Below are positions 22,376-34,447 of a stretch of DNA of 64,000 nucleotides, in pieces. The notes under the pieces were generated by a model. The model made no database searches. It was given only the letters and a program-made list of their open reading frames with translations, and was not told the origin of the DNA. The stretch lies in assembly GCF_963921235.1 (NCBI RefSeq), contig NC_086101.1, positions 110,050,001 through 110,114,000 of the forward strand. The letters run 5' to 3'. This stretch comes from Mobula hypostoma. Its lineage: Eukaryota. A program made the translations under genes and the position numbers. Position 1 is the first letter of the stretch, and each line of letters begins with the position of its first letter.

Positions 22376-23049
22376 CGTCTAGGTAGCCTCTAATCCGATG
22401 GCATGGAGAACGATTTCTCCAACTGGTAATTCTTTTCTCTCCCTTTCCCTCTTCTTTTCCCCACTGTTGCCTCCTACCCCTTCTACACACCTGCCTATCA
22501 ATTCCCCCCGTGCCCCTCCTCCTCCCCCTTCTCCCATGGTCCGTTCTCCTCTCATATCAGGTTATTACCTCTCCAGCCCTTTACCTTTTCCACCCACCTT
22601 GCTTCACCTTCCACCTCCCAGCTCGTCCTCCTTCCCCTCCCCCACCTGTCTATCGTGCGATGTCATTCTGTACATCACAGGCCCATCACTACGCACCATC
22701 GGTAAAGACTACAGGAGGGGCTGCTTCAAGGCGGCAACATCCATCATTGAATAGCGCAGCATCCAAGACATGGAATCTGCTCACAGGCAGGAGGTACAGA
22801 AGCCTAAGATCCCATATCACTGAGTAAAAAGAAGACCTACTTCCATTCAACCATTAGGTTCCTGAACCAACCGGCACAGCCCTCATCAGTAGAGCTCAGT
22901 GACATTATGACAACTGTGACTTTGCACTGAAATAGACTTCACTTTCTAACGAATTGTATACAATTTGTGTATAATAAATGTTTTGCTTGTGCATGCTGCT
23001 TATGTGATGCTATGTGTGTGTGATGTGGCTGTGAACCAGTTTTTCATTT

Positions 23050-24110
23050 TATCTGTGCACACATGAAGTTCTTTAACATTAATCCTCAACATTACATCGT
23101 TCCTTTTCTATTCTCAAAAGAATGCTAGCATTGCATTTGCCTTTCTCACCACAGATTGACATACAAATTAGCCTTTACGGAATCCTGCATGAGGATTCCC
23201 AAGTCCCTTTGCTGCTCAGAACTTTGACTTTTCAGATCACCTAAAAATAGTATGTGCTTTTATTTCATCGAACAAAGTGCATGACCACACACTTCCTGAC
23301 ACCATATTCTATCAACCATTACTTTGCCCATTCTCCTAGTCTGTCTAAAATGACATAGCATCTCTGCTTCCTCGAATCTGCCTACACCTCCAGCTATCTT
23401 TGTAACAAATTTAGGCACAAAGTCGTCATTTCTGTCATCCAAATCATTGATGTTTGATGTAAAAAGTCATTCCAACACTGACTCCTGTGGAACGCCATTC
23501 ATCTCCAGGCAGCCAACTTAAAAGGCTCCTTTTATTCCCAATATTTGCCTTCGGCCCATCAGCCAATGTTTCATCCATGCTAATATCTTTCCTGTAATAC
23601 CATCAGTTCTTAAATTGTTAAGCAACCTCATTTATGGCACCTTGAGAAAGGTTTTCTGAAAATTGAAGTACACAACATCCATCGATTCTCTGTTGTTTAT
23701 TGTGCTTGTTGTTTTCTCAAAGAATTCAAACAGGCAAGATTTACCCTGAAGTAAAACTATGCTAACTTTGGCCTATTAAATCATGTGGCGTCAAGTTCCC
23801 TGAATCCATATCTTTAATAATTGACTCCAACATATTCCGAATCACTGAAATCAGACCAACTTCCGAATAATTTTCTTTCTTTTGTCTTTCTCCCTTCTTG
23901 AAGAGTGGAGAGATATTTGCAAATTTCCAGTCCAATGCTACTTTGCCAGAGTCCATGGATTCTTGTAAGATCATTACTAAGCCTCAGCAATCTCTTCAGC
24001 CAACTCTTTCAGAACACTGGGGTGAAGATCATCTGGTCCAGGTGACTTATCTCACTTCAGAACTTTCAGTTTTCCAAGAAACATCTCCCTAGTAATGGCA
24101 AAAAAAAAAC
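23050..24110 (-). mobile_element. Old CR1 RT remnant (paralogues at about 45440-46500 and 63180-64000)
   Basis: Minus ORFs 23260..23442 and 23762..23974 (DWKFANISPLFKKG). Confidence 0.75.
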
Positions 24111-24291
24111 TAACCACTGCCCCTGAAACTCTTGAACTTCCAGTGTACTGGTAGTGTGTTCCATATTCCCACAATGGTTATTATTCTTATTCTTCTACTT
24201 CATCTTATAAAGTTTGATGGCAGTGTCAGACTAAAATAAGGTGCATTACCACCACCTGCTGAATAGGAGTGTAAAACAAAGAGACTGGAAG

Positions 24292-25518
24292 TGTCATGGT
24301 CCGGTCCATGAGTCCGCATTCCAGTTCACGGTCTGGTCTGTGGACTCACAACGCCGGGTATTCCAGCTTCCCTTGTTTAAGTTAATCATAGGCACCTGAT
24401 TCCCATCTTTGGGCTTGCAATATAAGTAGCCTTGGGGCTGAGTGTGGGCTGCTGGTTTGTCTTGTCAGTTCCCCTTGGAGCAACCTGCTGATGGAAGGCT
24501 AGTGAAACCATTTGTGATCTCTAGGCCTGGGTGGAGGACCACTGCTCCATGGAGCCTTGTTGCCACTCATTGGAGTAGTCTTTGTGGTATGGATTTGGCT
24601 GTTTCCCAGGCCAGCTGAATGATTACCAGCCACTCTGAGCTAGGTAGGGATCTGGCTGTTTCTGTAGCCAGCTGAGGCTGCTGGCTGAACTGAGACTTGG
24701 AGCTACCTCAGAGCAGAGATGGAACTGTCTGTTGTTCTTTGGTGTTGTCACTTCTTGTCCTTGCCTCTGTGGGGTAAGTCAGGCTGTTTTTCCATTGCCC
24801 TGTGGGGGGTATCTGCCTTGTCTTGTCGTTGCCTCTGTTAGGTAAGTCCGGCCGTTCTGCCGTTAGCTGATAGAGGGACCTGTCCCACCTTGGTGTGGAG
24901 ATGAAGTTGAGTCCTGGCTTGTCTTGGGATAAGTCCTGGCTCTATGTCTATGTTCTGTCCTATCTCATGTTAGTGTCATGTTAAAGATGAGTCCTGGCTT
25001 ATCGAAGAATAAATCCCAGCTCTATGTTGATGTTCAGTTCCCAGTCTGTCTCTGAGCTCCAGGCACCCAAGCCTCGACGATCCCGCGGCCCAGCTCGAGA
25101 CTCGGGGACCCAAGCCTCGACGATCCCGCGGCCCAGCTCGAGACTCGGGGACCCAAGCCTCGACGATCCCGCGGCCCAGCTCGAGACTCGGGGACCCAAG
25201 CCTCGACGATCCCGCGGCCCAGCTCGAGACTCGGGGACCCAAGCCTCGACGATCCCGCGGCCCAGCTCATGTCCTTGCCTGGTTCCGGGGTCCGAGCCTG
25301 AGGCAAGACCCAGGCTCTGGGTCCTACTCCAGGCTTGGAGTCGAAGCCTTGTCTCCTAGCCCATGGTTCCTAGTCCTGGTTCCGCTTTCCCTAGCCCAAG
25401 TTCTTGTCCCTGCTCCTTGCCTGAATCCTGTCACTTCCCTGCTCTAGTCAGGTCCAGTTCCTTGTACTTCAGTGTCTGTGTCTTGCGTTTGGGTCTGTTC
25501 CCAGCACCCCATGTGACA
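24292..25518. mobile_element. Probable solo LTR (1227 nt) with a 5-bp TSD
   Basis: Ends TGTCA...TGACA; GGAAG TSD at 24287-24291 and 25519-25523; empty site GAGACAGGAAGTA at about 46666 in unit B. Confidence 0.85.
25066..25268. repeat. Perfect 43-nt tandem repeat, about 4.7 copies
   Basis: CCCAAGCCTCGACGATCCCGCGGCCCAGCTCGAGACTCGGGGA starts at 25066, 25109, 25152, 25195 and 25238. Confidence 0.97.
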
Positions 25519-25779
25519 GGAAGTAGAAATATGAAATCCAACATGCCCCCCACAAAATATCTCAAGTAATATCAAGAAATCTAATGCTTTTCAGAAAGTA
25601 AAATGCACACTCACATGCATATTACGATAGGAGTCATATCCTAATATTTCCAGTTTAATTTCCTCTGTCCCAAAGATTTCAATTTAGCAATTTGAAGTTT
25701 CTTTCGCTCCTCTTAGAAACTACATTCAAGCAACATATATGGCACCAATTCCTGAACAGTGCACTTCGTACAGATGCTG

Positions 25780-28230
25780 CTATCGTACGATCATAAGATA
25801 TCGGAGCAGAGTTAGACCATTCAGCCCATTGAGTCCACTCTGCCATTTCATCTGGCTGATCCAGACCATGTTCAATCAATAGACGTGTCCTCTCACGATA
25901 TTCCTTGATGCTCTAACCAATCAGGAATCTACCAACATCTGCTTTAAATATACCCATGGACATTATCCCTACCATAGTCTTTGGCAGAGCATTCCACAGA
26001 TTCACTGTTCTTTGGCTAAAAAAAAAAATTCTTCTTACTTCTGTTGTAAAAGGTTGCCACTCAATGTTAAGGCTGTGCCCTCTAGTTCTGGATACCTCTA
26101 CCAGAGTGCATATCCTCTCCACATTCACCTTATCTAGTACTTTCAACATTCAGTAGGTTTCAATGAGATTCCCATGCATTCTTCAAAATTCCAGTAAGTA
26201 CAGGCTCAAAGCTGTCAAACCCTCCTCATACATTAACTCCTTCCTTCCTGGAATCATCCTTGTGAACCTCGTATGGAATCTCTGCACTGAAAATACATTC
26301 TTTATGAGATAATGGGCCCAAAACTGTTGACAATACTCCAAGTGAGGCCTGACTAGTGTCTTATAAAGCTTCGGTATTATCTTCTTGTTTTATATTATAT
26401 TTCCCTTTAAATAAATGGCAACATTGCATTTTTCTTTTTGACCACAGAATTAAATTTCTGGAAGTCTTGTATGAGGACTCCTAAGTCCCTTTGCACCTCT
26501 GGTGATTCCTCCCCATTTAGATAATAGTCTACAATATTATTCCTCTTCCCAAAATGCATTATTGTACATTTCAAAACACAAAATTCCATCTGCCACTTTT
26601 TTGTCCATTCTTCCAATTTGTCTAAGCCCTGCTGCAATTGCTTTGTTTTCACAGCACTACCTACATCTCCAGCTATCTTCATATCATCCACAAACTTTTC
26701 TAGAAAGCCATGAATTTACTATCTAAACCATTGATAAACAGTTTGAAAAGTAGCAGTCCTAATACAGAACCCTGAGGAACACCACTAATCACTGGCAGCC
26801 AACCAGAAAATACCTCTTTTATCCCCAATCACTGCATCCTGCCTGTCAGCCATTCATCTATCGATGCCAATATCTTTCCTGTAGCACCATAGTTTATCTT
26901 GTTAAGCAGCCTCATGGGAGGCAGTTAATCAAATGCCTTAGGAACATCTAAGTAAATGACATCCACTACCTTTCCTGGGTCCACCCTTCTTGTTACATCC
27001 TCAAAGAATTATAACAGATATGTCCGGCAAGATTTCCCTTAGCAGAAACCATGCTGACTTTGACTTATTGTATCATTGGTCTCCAAGTACCCCAAGACAT
27101 TGTCATTAATAATGGACTCCAACACTTTAATAACTATTGATGTTAGGGTAACTGGCCTAATCATTTCCTCTCTTTTGTCATCCTCCCTTGTGAAAGAACA
27201 GAGTTACTTTTGCAATTATCCAGTCCTCCAGGACCATGCCAGAATCGAGTGATTCTTGAAAGATCATGCCCAATGTATCCACCATCTCTTCAGCAAACTC
27301 TTGCATTACTCTGGGATGTAGTCCATCTGTCCCAGGTGACTTAGCCACCTTAAGACCTTTGAGTTTACCGAGCACTTTTCTCCTTTGATTGTTTGTGATA
27401 GCAATGGCACTCACTCCTGCTCCCTGACACTGACGGACCTCTGGAACACTGCTAGTGTCTTCCATTGTGAAGACTGATGTAAAGTACCCGTTTAGTTTAC
27501 CTGCCATTTCTTTGTCCCCCATTACTACTTCACCAGCATCATTTTCCAGTGGTCCAATACTCTCACATCTCTTTTCCTCTTTATTTATCTAAAAAAACCT
27601 TTTAGTATCCTACTTTATATTATTGGCATGTTTGCCCTCATATTTAATTTATTCCCTTCGAAAAGATTTTTAGTTGCCTTTTGTTGGGAACAACTTCTTC
27701 TTCTGTGGGATATATCTACCCTGGGCTTTGTGAACTATTCCCGGAAACTTCAACCACCCCTGTTCTGCTGTCAGCTCCGCCAGTATCCCCCTCCAACCCC
27801 CCGGGAAAGCAGCTCACTCATGCCTCTGTAATTCCCTTTATTCCGTTGTGATACTGTACTGATACACGTGACTTTGGAATCTCCATCTCAAACTGCGGCA
27901 TGATCACTGCTTCCCAGGGGATCTTTTACGTTAAACTGACTGATAAGATCCGGCGTATTACACAACATTCAATCTAAGATAGCCTTTCCCCAAGTAGGCT
28001 AGAACACAAACTATTCTAAAAAAAACATCTCGAAGACACTCAAGAAATTCTCTCTGTTGCGAACCGACACCAAATTGATTTTCCAAATCCCCTTGCGTAT
28101 TGAAGTTCTCCATTACAATTCTGAAATTACCCTTATTACATGCCCTTTCCAACTCCCTTTGCAATCTCAACACTACGTTTTGGCTACTATTTAGAGGCCC
28201 ATATATGCTTCCCATAATGGTTTCTAACAG
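25780..28230 (-). mobile_element. Degraded CR1 LINE (paralogue at about 46940-49010)
   Basis: Minus ORFs 25913.., 26407.., 27178.. and 27958.. show RT and endonuclease remnants. Confidence 0.8.
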
Positions 28231-28239
28231 AATGAATAC

Positions 28240-28475
28240 GCTTGATACTGGTGTCTATGTCTGTAATGAGTTTGGACGTTCACCCTGTGACCCAGTGGGT
28301 TCCCTCTCGGTGTTCCGGTTTCCTCCCACAGTCCGAAGACGGACTGGTTGGTGGGTTAATTGGTCATTGTAAATTGTCACGTGATTGGGCCACGGTTCAA
28401 TCAGGGGCTGTTGAGTGGCGCGTCTCGAAGTACCGGAAAGGCCCATTCGGCGCTGTAACTCAATAAATAAACTAT
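28240..28475 (+). mobile_element. tRNA-derived SINE (paralogue at about 49040-49270)
   Basis: GTGACCCAGTGGGTTCCCTCTCGGTGTTCCGGTTTCCTCCCACAGTCC core; AATAAATAAA tail. Confidence 0.65.
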
Positions 28476-28809
28476 TTAATAGCATGTCCAATACAAAAAC
28501 ATGTCAGTAGTCCTTTTATACAAACGTCCCACCTGATTTCCCACCATCCTCTGAATTTTATATAAACGCCGTCCTTCGTTTTCTTTATCGCAACCTAGTT
28601 GCCACAGTGATCAAATAGACTTTTTAATTCTGGATTTCATCTCTCCATCTCTCCATCTTTCTCTCTCTCCCTCTCACGAAAGGCACCTCTATATTTATAT
28701 CCTAATGATAAGCGATTGTTTGGCAAGAATCAATGTCTCTTTGCAGGCTCCTAACTTCTGTTTCTGGCTGCTGCCAATCAGCTAATTAACCAATCAATTT
28801 CCTCCCAAT

Positions 28810-29228
28810 AATTTGCAAAAAGTGTCTCTTTCGGGCTTCAGAACATTTGAACTCTGCAATACGTGTGGAGACACAACATTTATCACAACTCCCGCCTCCT
28901 GCTCCAGCCTGCGCCTCACTCGTTTGTGGTGCTGCTTTCCCGCTTCACTGACTCTCCCGTCACCAACTCAACCTCAGTACAGGAGAATTCACCTCACTCC
29001 CCACTTTGGCCGCACAAGCCGACCCAAGTGTAGAGAGCGGCGGGTGGGGCAGGAGCAAGAGAAATGTCCCGAGGGGTGATGGAGCCCAAGAGCTGGAGGC
29101 GGAGTCGGGGGACTGAAGAAAGCAGAAGCATTGATTCAGTGTCAGTGACAGGGCAGTCGTGAGTCATAGTCAGAGTCACCGACCGACGCGATCAGGTCCA
29201 GAGAGGGAGTGTCGGTGGGGGAGACGCC
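28810..29228 (+). promoter_or_regulatory. Proximal promoter and 5'UTR of gene A (RUNX-like TGTGGT 28925, GC/CACCC boxes, AP-1 TGAGTCA 29160-29166)
   Basis: Directly upstream of a Kozak-context ATG (GCCATGG); near-identical at about 49589-50007. Confidence 0.5.
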
Positions 29229-29271
29229 ATGGACGTTTCGCTCTGTCTGGTGTTGCTACAGTTGACAGTGG
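29229..29271 (+). CDS. Gene A exon 1, signal peptide MDVSLCLVLLQLTV
   Basis: GCCATGG start; G|GTGAGT donor, phase 1; identical in gene B. Confidence 0.88.
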
Positions 29272-29739
29272 GTGAGTAGACCCAGCTTCATTACGTACCA
29301 CCTCTATCCCCATTCCTCACCCACCCCCCCCCATCAGCCAACCCCTCCTAGAATACTCGGCATTGTTTATGGAGGTCCCCCTCCAGTCCCAGCTCTCCAC
29401 TTCAGAGAGGAAGCTCGTGTGAAGCCGTCCCGGGTTGGAGGAACAAATGCCTGTATTTGAATAGCACCCTCAGTGGAGATTAGGAACAACTCGCAGTGCT
29501 TCCTACCCGCTAACGGGTAAGAAGAGTAGAAATAGGGAACAGGAGATCTGGGAAAGGCCTGTTGCTAAAGTCGGGGTTAAAGTTGGGGGGTTGCTGAAGT
29601 GAATGGGTTTTTCGAGCGAGACCATTTGATGCGGCTTGTGCAGCTGATCGGAGAGAGGACAGGGACAGATCGGGCAGAGAGAGCTCGAAGGGCGGTAGGG
29701 CGAGATCTGCGTTTTAGGCTTTCACTCCGTCAGTAACAG

Positions 29740-29950
29740 ATTCCCGGGGATTGTTACAGGTTGGAATCCAATAAAAGGATTGAAGGTGTTTGTACGTGAA
29801 TCGCAGATTCTGAAGGTACAGGCTGCAATCTTCACTCTCTCACTCTCAACACACACACAGTTTTGAGAGGATTCGAGGTATTTATACAGTCAATAACAGA
29901 TCCGGAAGCGTTTGATACAGGCTGGAATCTAATCCCTGCATTTCAGGAGT
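29740..29950. repeat. Degenerate intronic satellite of about 60-65 nt (ACAGGCTGGAATCTAATC...GGGTTT...ACAGATCCCGG); also about 31100-31700, 50550-50820 and 51980-52570
   Basis: Recurring ACAGG(C/T)TGGAATC and ACAGATTCC motifs. Confidence 0.55.
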
Positions 29951-30466
29951 TTATACCTGTGTTGCCTGATTCCCCATTGGTGGTCATAGGCTCGGAGTGT
30001 GAAAGGTAAAGGTAAAATTTGTTATCGATGTAGGCAAATGCCACGATATTTCAGAATCATTTTCTTGCAGATATTTCAGGAAAATAATGTAATACAATAG
30101 AATCTGCACATAAGCAAAGACTGGCAACCAATGCGCAAAGGAAGTCAAATTCTGCAAACAATATTTATACTGACAACTAGATTTGTAAAGAGATCTTGAA
30201 GTGAGCGTGCAGGTGGGAGAGTGAGTTCACAGATTCAGTGTGTGAAGTTCTCCACGCCGGGTCAGGGTGCTGGTGGTTGGTAATGCGGGTCTGTTGCAAT
30301 TTGGATTTAACGGGTTTGAGAGGAGAAAGAATTGTTCTGGAGTTCGGTCTGTCAATCAGAGGGCAGGGACTTGCCTGGCGCTGAGAGAATTACGGGCTGA
30401 TTATCCGCCGGGTGAGATGTGGGTGGAGGTTCCCAAATGACCATTTGCTCCCTCCCTCTCCCTCAG

Positions 30467-30823
30467 CATGGAGCAGCGGAAGTGGCTTCCGGGTGGAGCA
30501 GCCGAAATACATCGAGGCTGTAGTGAACGAGCCCGTCACTCTCACCTGCACCTTTACCCACCCGGAAATCTCCTCACTCCGAGACATTGACATCAGATGG
30601 AGAGTTCGCAATTACTACACGGCAGATATATTCAGATATCTAGATAACTACACGCTCAAAGATTTCAGAGGCCGGATCAAGTTCCTGGGTTCGCCATTTA
30701 GAGACAAGACGGGCTCCATCCGCTTACTCCGGGTCAGAGAAGAGGACAGCAACATGTACTTCTGCAGTGTGGTGATCTTGGGGGAAGAGTACACAGGTCC
30801 TGGGACCGTCCTGTCGGTTCAAG
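30467..30823 (+). CDS. Gene A exon 2, IgV domain D1 (PILR/NKp30-like, J-like GPGT)
   Basis: CCCTCAG| acceptor and |GTGAGA donor; 357 nt, phase 1-1; VEQPKYIEA, LTC, RW, FRGRI, DSNMYFC, GPGTVLSV. Confidence 0.92.
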
Positions 30824-31888
30824 GTGAGAACCCCTTCCTCTGTCTCAGAGTTGTTGCGGCTGGAGGTGTTGTCTGGGGTTGGGGTGTTGCAGGTGAGGGA
30901 ACAACGAGTGGTAAATGGAGGAAGCTACGGGTTTACGGAGTTTACATGTCTCTGTGCCGAATAAGGAATTAGACAGGCAGACGAAGCAGATGAAACTGCG
31001 GGAGTCTCACAGACACACACAGGCACGAACACACACATAGCGATTCCTGACAGTCCGTGATGAGAGGGGAGTCGGGTCGAGCATAATGTAATTATGTTGG
31101 ATAACAGACCCCCGGGATTCAACTACTGAAGTGGATGTAACTTCGGCGCTCCGTGGGTTTATATATCGATTAAGTGATACATAGCTGTGAGATGCAGGCG
31201 GGGATCTAATCCAGGGGTTCGGGTGTTTCTATGCAAGAGACCCCAGAGAGTTAGTAGTGAGTGGAATCTTATCCAGGGGTTCATTGAATTTATGTTGTGA
31301 AATACAGATTCCCAGATGTGAGTTAGACGCTGTGATCTCTGTAAACAATTTGGGAGTTTAATATAGAGAATAGCAACTAACCATGGGTTCGATGCGGACT
31401 AGAATCTAATCTAATATGGTGTTCAAATTGTTTACCTAGCGATACACAGATTCCCGTCAGTTGCAGACTGGACTGGAATCGCGGGTTCAGGGGGTTTATA
31501 TTCAGAAATATATGTCCAGAGGGAGTTACAGGCTGGGATCTATTGTTGGATCTTCCGGATTATATATCGAATAACAAATTCATATCTATGGGTTACACGT
31601 TGTGATCTAATGCAAGAGTTTAAACGGTATTTGTTGAGAATGGCAGGTCCACGGAAGTGAGTTTGATGCTGACATGTAATCTAGGGGCTCAGGGTTCGAT
31701 GCCTGATTTGCCTAATCACCAGTTGGTGGTCACAGGCTTGGAGAATGGACGATTTAGTCTGGATTGGTCTAGTTTATGAATCAGAGCGCAGGGACTAATC
31801 TGTTGCTGAGACTATTATGGGATGGTTTTCTGCCGGATGAAATGTGATAGGAGGTTCCCGAATGATCGTTTGCTCCCTTTTCCCTCAG

Positions 31889-32263
31889 CACGGACCGGTA
31901 GCCGTGAGCGCTGGGTGAAGCAGCTGGGGTACCAGGAGGCTGCAGAGAATGGGTCCGTCATTCTCCCCTGTTCCTTCACTTACCCGGACACTTATACACC
32001 CAGAGACATTCATATCACTTGGAGAGTGGGTGGCTTTCATGGTACAGAGATATTCGATTCTTCACGAAACAACGCACTCGGGGAATACCGAGGCCGGATC
32101 GAGTTCCTGGGCTCCCCATTGCGAAACAAGACGGGCTCCATCCGCTTACATCGGCTGAATGGAAATGACTCCAATTTCTATTTCTGTGGTGTGACAATTT
32201 TGGAAGATCATGGTCAGCTGGTTGGATGGCAAAGCAGCTCAGGAACGTTTCTGTCAGTGAGAG
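31889..32263 (+). CDS. Gene A exon 3, IgV domain D2 (PILR-like)
   Basis: CCCTCAG| acceptor and |GTGAGT donor; 375 nt, phase 1-1; GSVILPCSFTYP, ITWRVGGFHG, YFCGV, WQSSSGT. Confidence 0.92.
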
Positions 32264-32999
32264 GTGAGTCCTGAATCCTTACCCTGACCTCTGCTCTTGT
32301 CTGAAGATTCTTTCAAATAATCCCTGTGCATCAACCCAGCTTCATGTCTTCACATTCTCATCCTGCAGAAGGTCAGACCACTCAGTCCATCACATCCATA
32401 CTGACCGATTGACTACCATCCGCATCAAGCTCACCTCCGGGGGTTCGTCCCTCACCTGTCCCCAGATAGTTCAGGTATTGGTGTAGATAATTCCGAAAGG
32501 ATATCAGTGACTGCTCCGCCCCTCCCTCTCTGGCAGTGGGTTCCAAATACTCACCGCTCTCTGTGTGAAACTTCCTTCTCAGACCCCCTCGATATCCCTT
32601 ATCCTTCACCTAGATGTTTTACCAAATATTACGTTTAGTCCACCCTGTCAATACACTCATGTGTATGTACAACTCAGTCATATTCCTGGACGACCACGTC
32701 CATTGCAGGGAATACAGACCTAGTCTCTCCTTATTACTGAAGCACTCTGTCCCAGATGATATCCTGTGGACATTCTTCACACTTTCTGTAGTGAGAACAC
32801 CCCCTCCACTCTCTTCCTCAGTATTCCATGTCCAGGTCTCATTAATCTTCAGAATGACTTTTAGCTCAAACTTCTCTGGAATAAATAACCTGGGTGATAT
32901 CTCAGCTCATTTCACCAACACAATGAGTTTTAGTATTGACAAGTTTACCCTCCACACTGTCCATAATATCATTGATTTTGCAGAGTAGAACATAGAACA

Positions 33000-33660
33000 T
33001 TACAGCACAGTACAGACCCTTCAATTCATAAGTTGTGTCGGCATTTTGTCCTATTCTAAAATCAATTTAACCCAGCCCTCCTACATAGTTCTCCATTTTT
33101 CTATCATCCTATCACCCTATCTATGAGTTTGTCAAATGTCTCTAACGTATGTGGCTCTACCGCCACCACTGACAGGCTGTTTCATGCACCCACAACGGTC
33201 TGTGTAAATACAAACTTACCTATAAAATCCACCCCCCCCCATACCTCCCTCCAGTCACTTTACAAGTACACCACCTTTGATTCAGGATTGCACCCCTGGG
33301 AATGTCACTGTCTGCCCACTGAATACAGGTCTCTTATCATCTTGTGACTTTCTATTAAGTCACCTCTCATCCTGCACTGCTCCAAAGAGAAAAGCATGAG
33401 CTCGCTCAACCTCTCTTCATTGGAAAGGCTCTCTCGTACAGGTACCATCCCTCTAAATCTCCTCTGTGCCCTTTCTAATGCCTCCACATCCTTCCAGTAC
33501 TGAGGTAACCGGAACTGAATGTGATATTCCGAATGTGATCTAATCAAGAACTTATAGTGTGGCAACATAATTCCACGGCTCTTGAACTCTTTCCCCTTCA
33601 CCTTTGACGGCCTACCAACCATATGCTTTCTTAACCACCCTATCGACCTGTACAGCACTT
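33000..33660 (-). mobile_element. CR1 3' remnant (paralogue at about 53764-54310)
   Basis: Minus ORF 33305..33658 (YWKDVEALERAQRRF, LFSLEQCRMRGDLIE). Confidence 0.8.
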
Positions 33661-34312
33661 TTAATGAATCTGCTCTTCTCTGTGAACTTACTGATCAGCG
33701 AGCAACGTCCATGATGAATGATCTAATCAACTGCTTAATATCATTTTCAGGCAGCTGCCACGGGGAGGGAGGTATAGAGGAGTGAAGTCCCACACCACCA
33801 GGTTCAAGAATAGCTGTATCCCTTCAGACATCTGCTTCTTGAGATATCCAACACAAAACTAACCATTACTTTAACAGACCAACTCTATGTCAATTTGGAC
33901 TATAATGGACCTTGATTTTTCTTCTTCTAATCACATTTGGCCTTATAAAATTCATGTCCCCTCTCTCCAAGACCTGGGATGCTTCCTAAGGTTTGACACA
34001 TTGATTTCATTCCAGTCTGTCAGTCCCCTTCTCCTCAGGGTGTGGAACACCCTTGTGCTTGGGACATTGTGTCTGTGCTGAATCACAATCACAACTCTCC
34101 AGAGTTGGAAACACCTCAGGATTATTCAGATTCCGCCCCCACCCCCAGTACCCCTGACTCTCCCCTCTCCTGTAGCATTGGGTCACAATCTCCAAACTTG
34201 ATCCCATGTGTTACCCCTGTCCTTCACAACCGGTTGCTCTCTCCACCCTCTCCTCCTGTGTCTCAGTCACTGCTCTGGATCACAACTCACAGGAGGTTCA
34301 TTGACCCCACAG

Positions 34313-34447
34313 TGACCACAGTAACTCAGGAGATGCAGAACCTGAGCCACGGCTCCATCCTGATGATCCGGGCAGTGCTGGTTCTAGTACCGCTGGCAAT
34401 GGCGTGCACCACGGGCATTTACCTGACCAAGAGGAGCCCAGTTACAG
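34313..34447 (+). CDS. Gene A exon 4, stalk plus TM (V)TTVTQEMQNLSHGSILMIRAVLVLVPLAMACTTGIYLTKRSPVT
   Basis: TTGACCCCACAG| acceptor and CAG|GTAAC donor; 135 nt, phase 1-1; Arg codon at 34369-34371 inside the helix. Confidence 0.85.

Noticed and set aside
25066-25268. 43-nt repeats as a CRISPR array, and the repetitive ORFs over them
   Set aside because: The units are head-to-tail with no spacers, there are no cas genes, and the context is eukaryotic and inside an LTR. The ORFs are a by-product of a stop-poor GC-rich unit.
28240-28475. tRNA genes at SINE heads (also 4690-4894, 7190-7420 and 49040-49270)
   Set aside because: Only degenerate box motifs and SINE cores with tails are present; I could not build a cloverleaf.
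30412-30466. N-terminal extensions of the ORF-track proteins over the V and TM exons (also 31822, 34042, 51289, 52767, 54689 and 8962)
   Set aside because: They are intronic read-through upstream of clear splice acceptors; the real N-termini come from separate leader exons.
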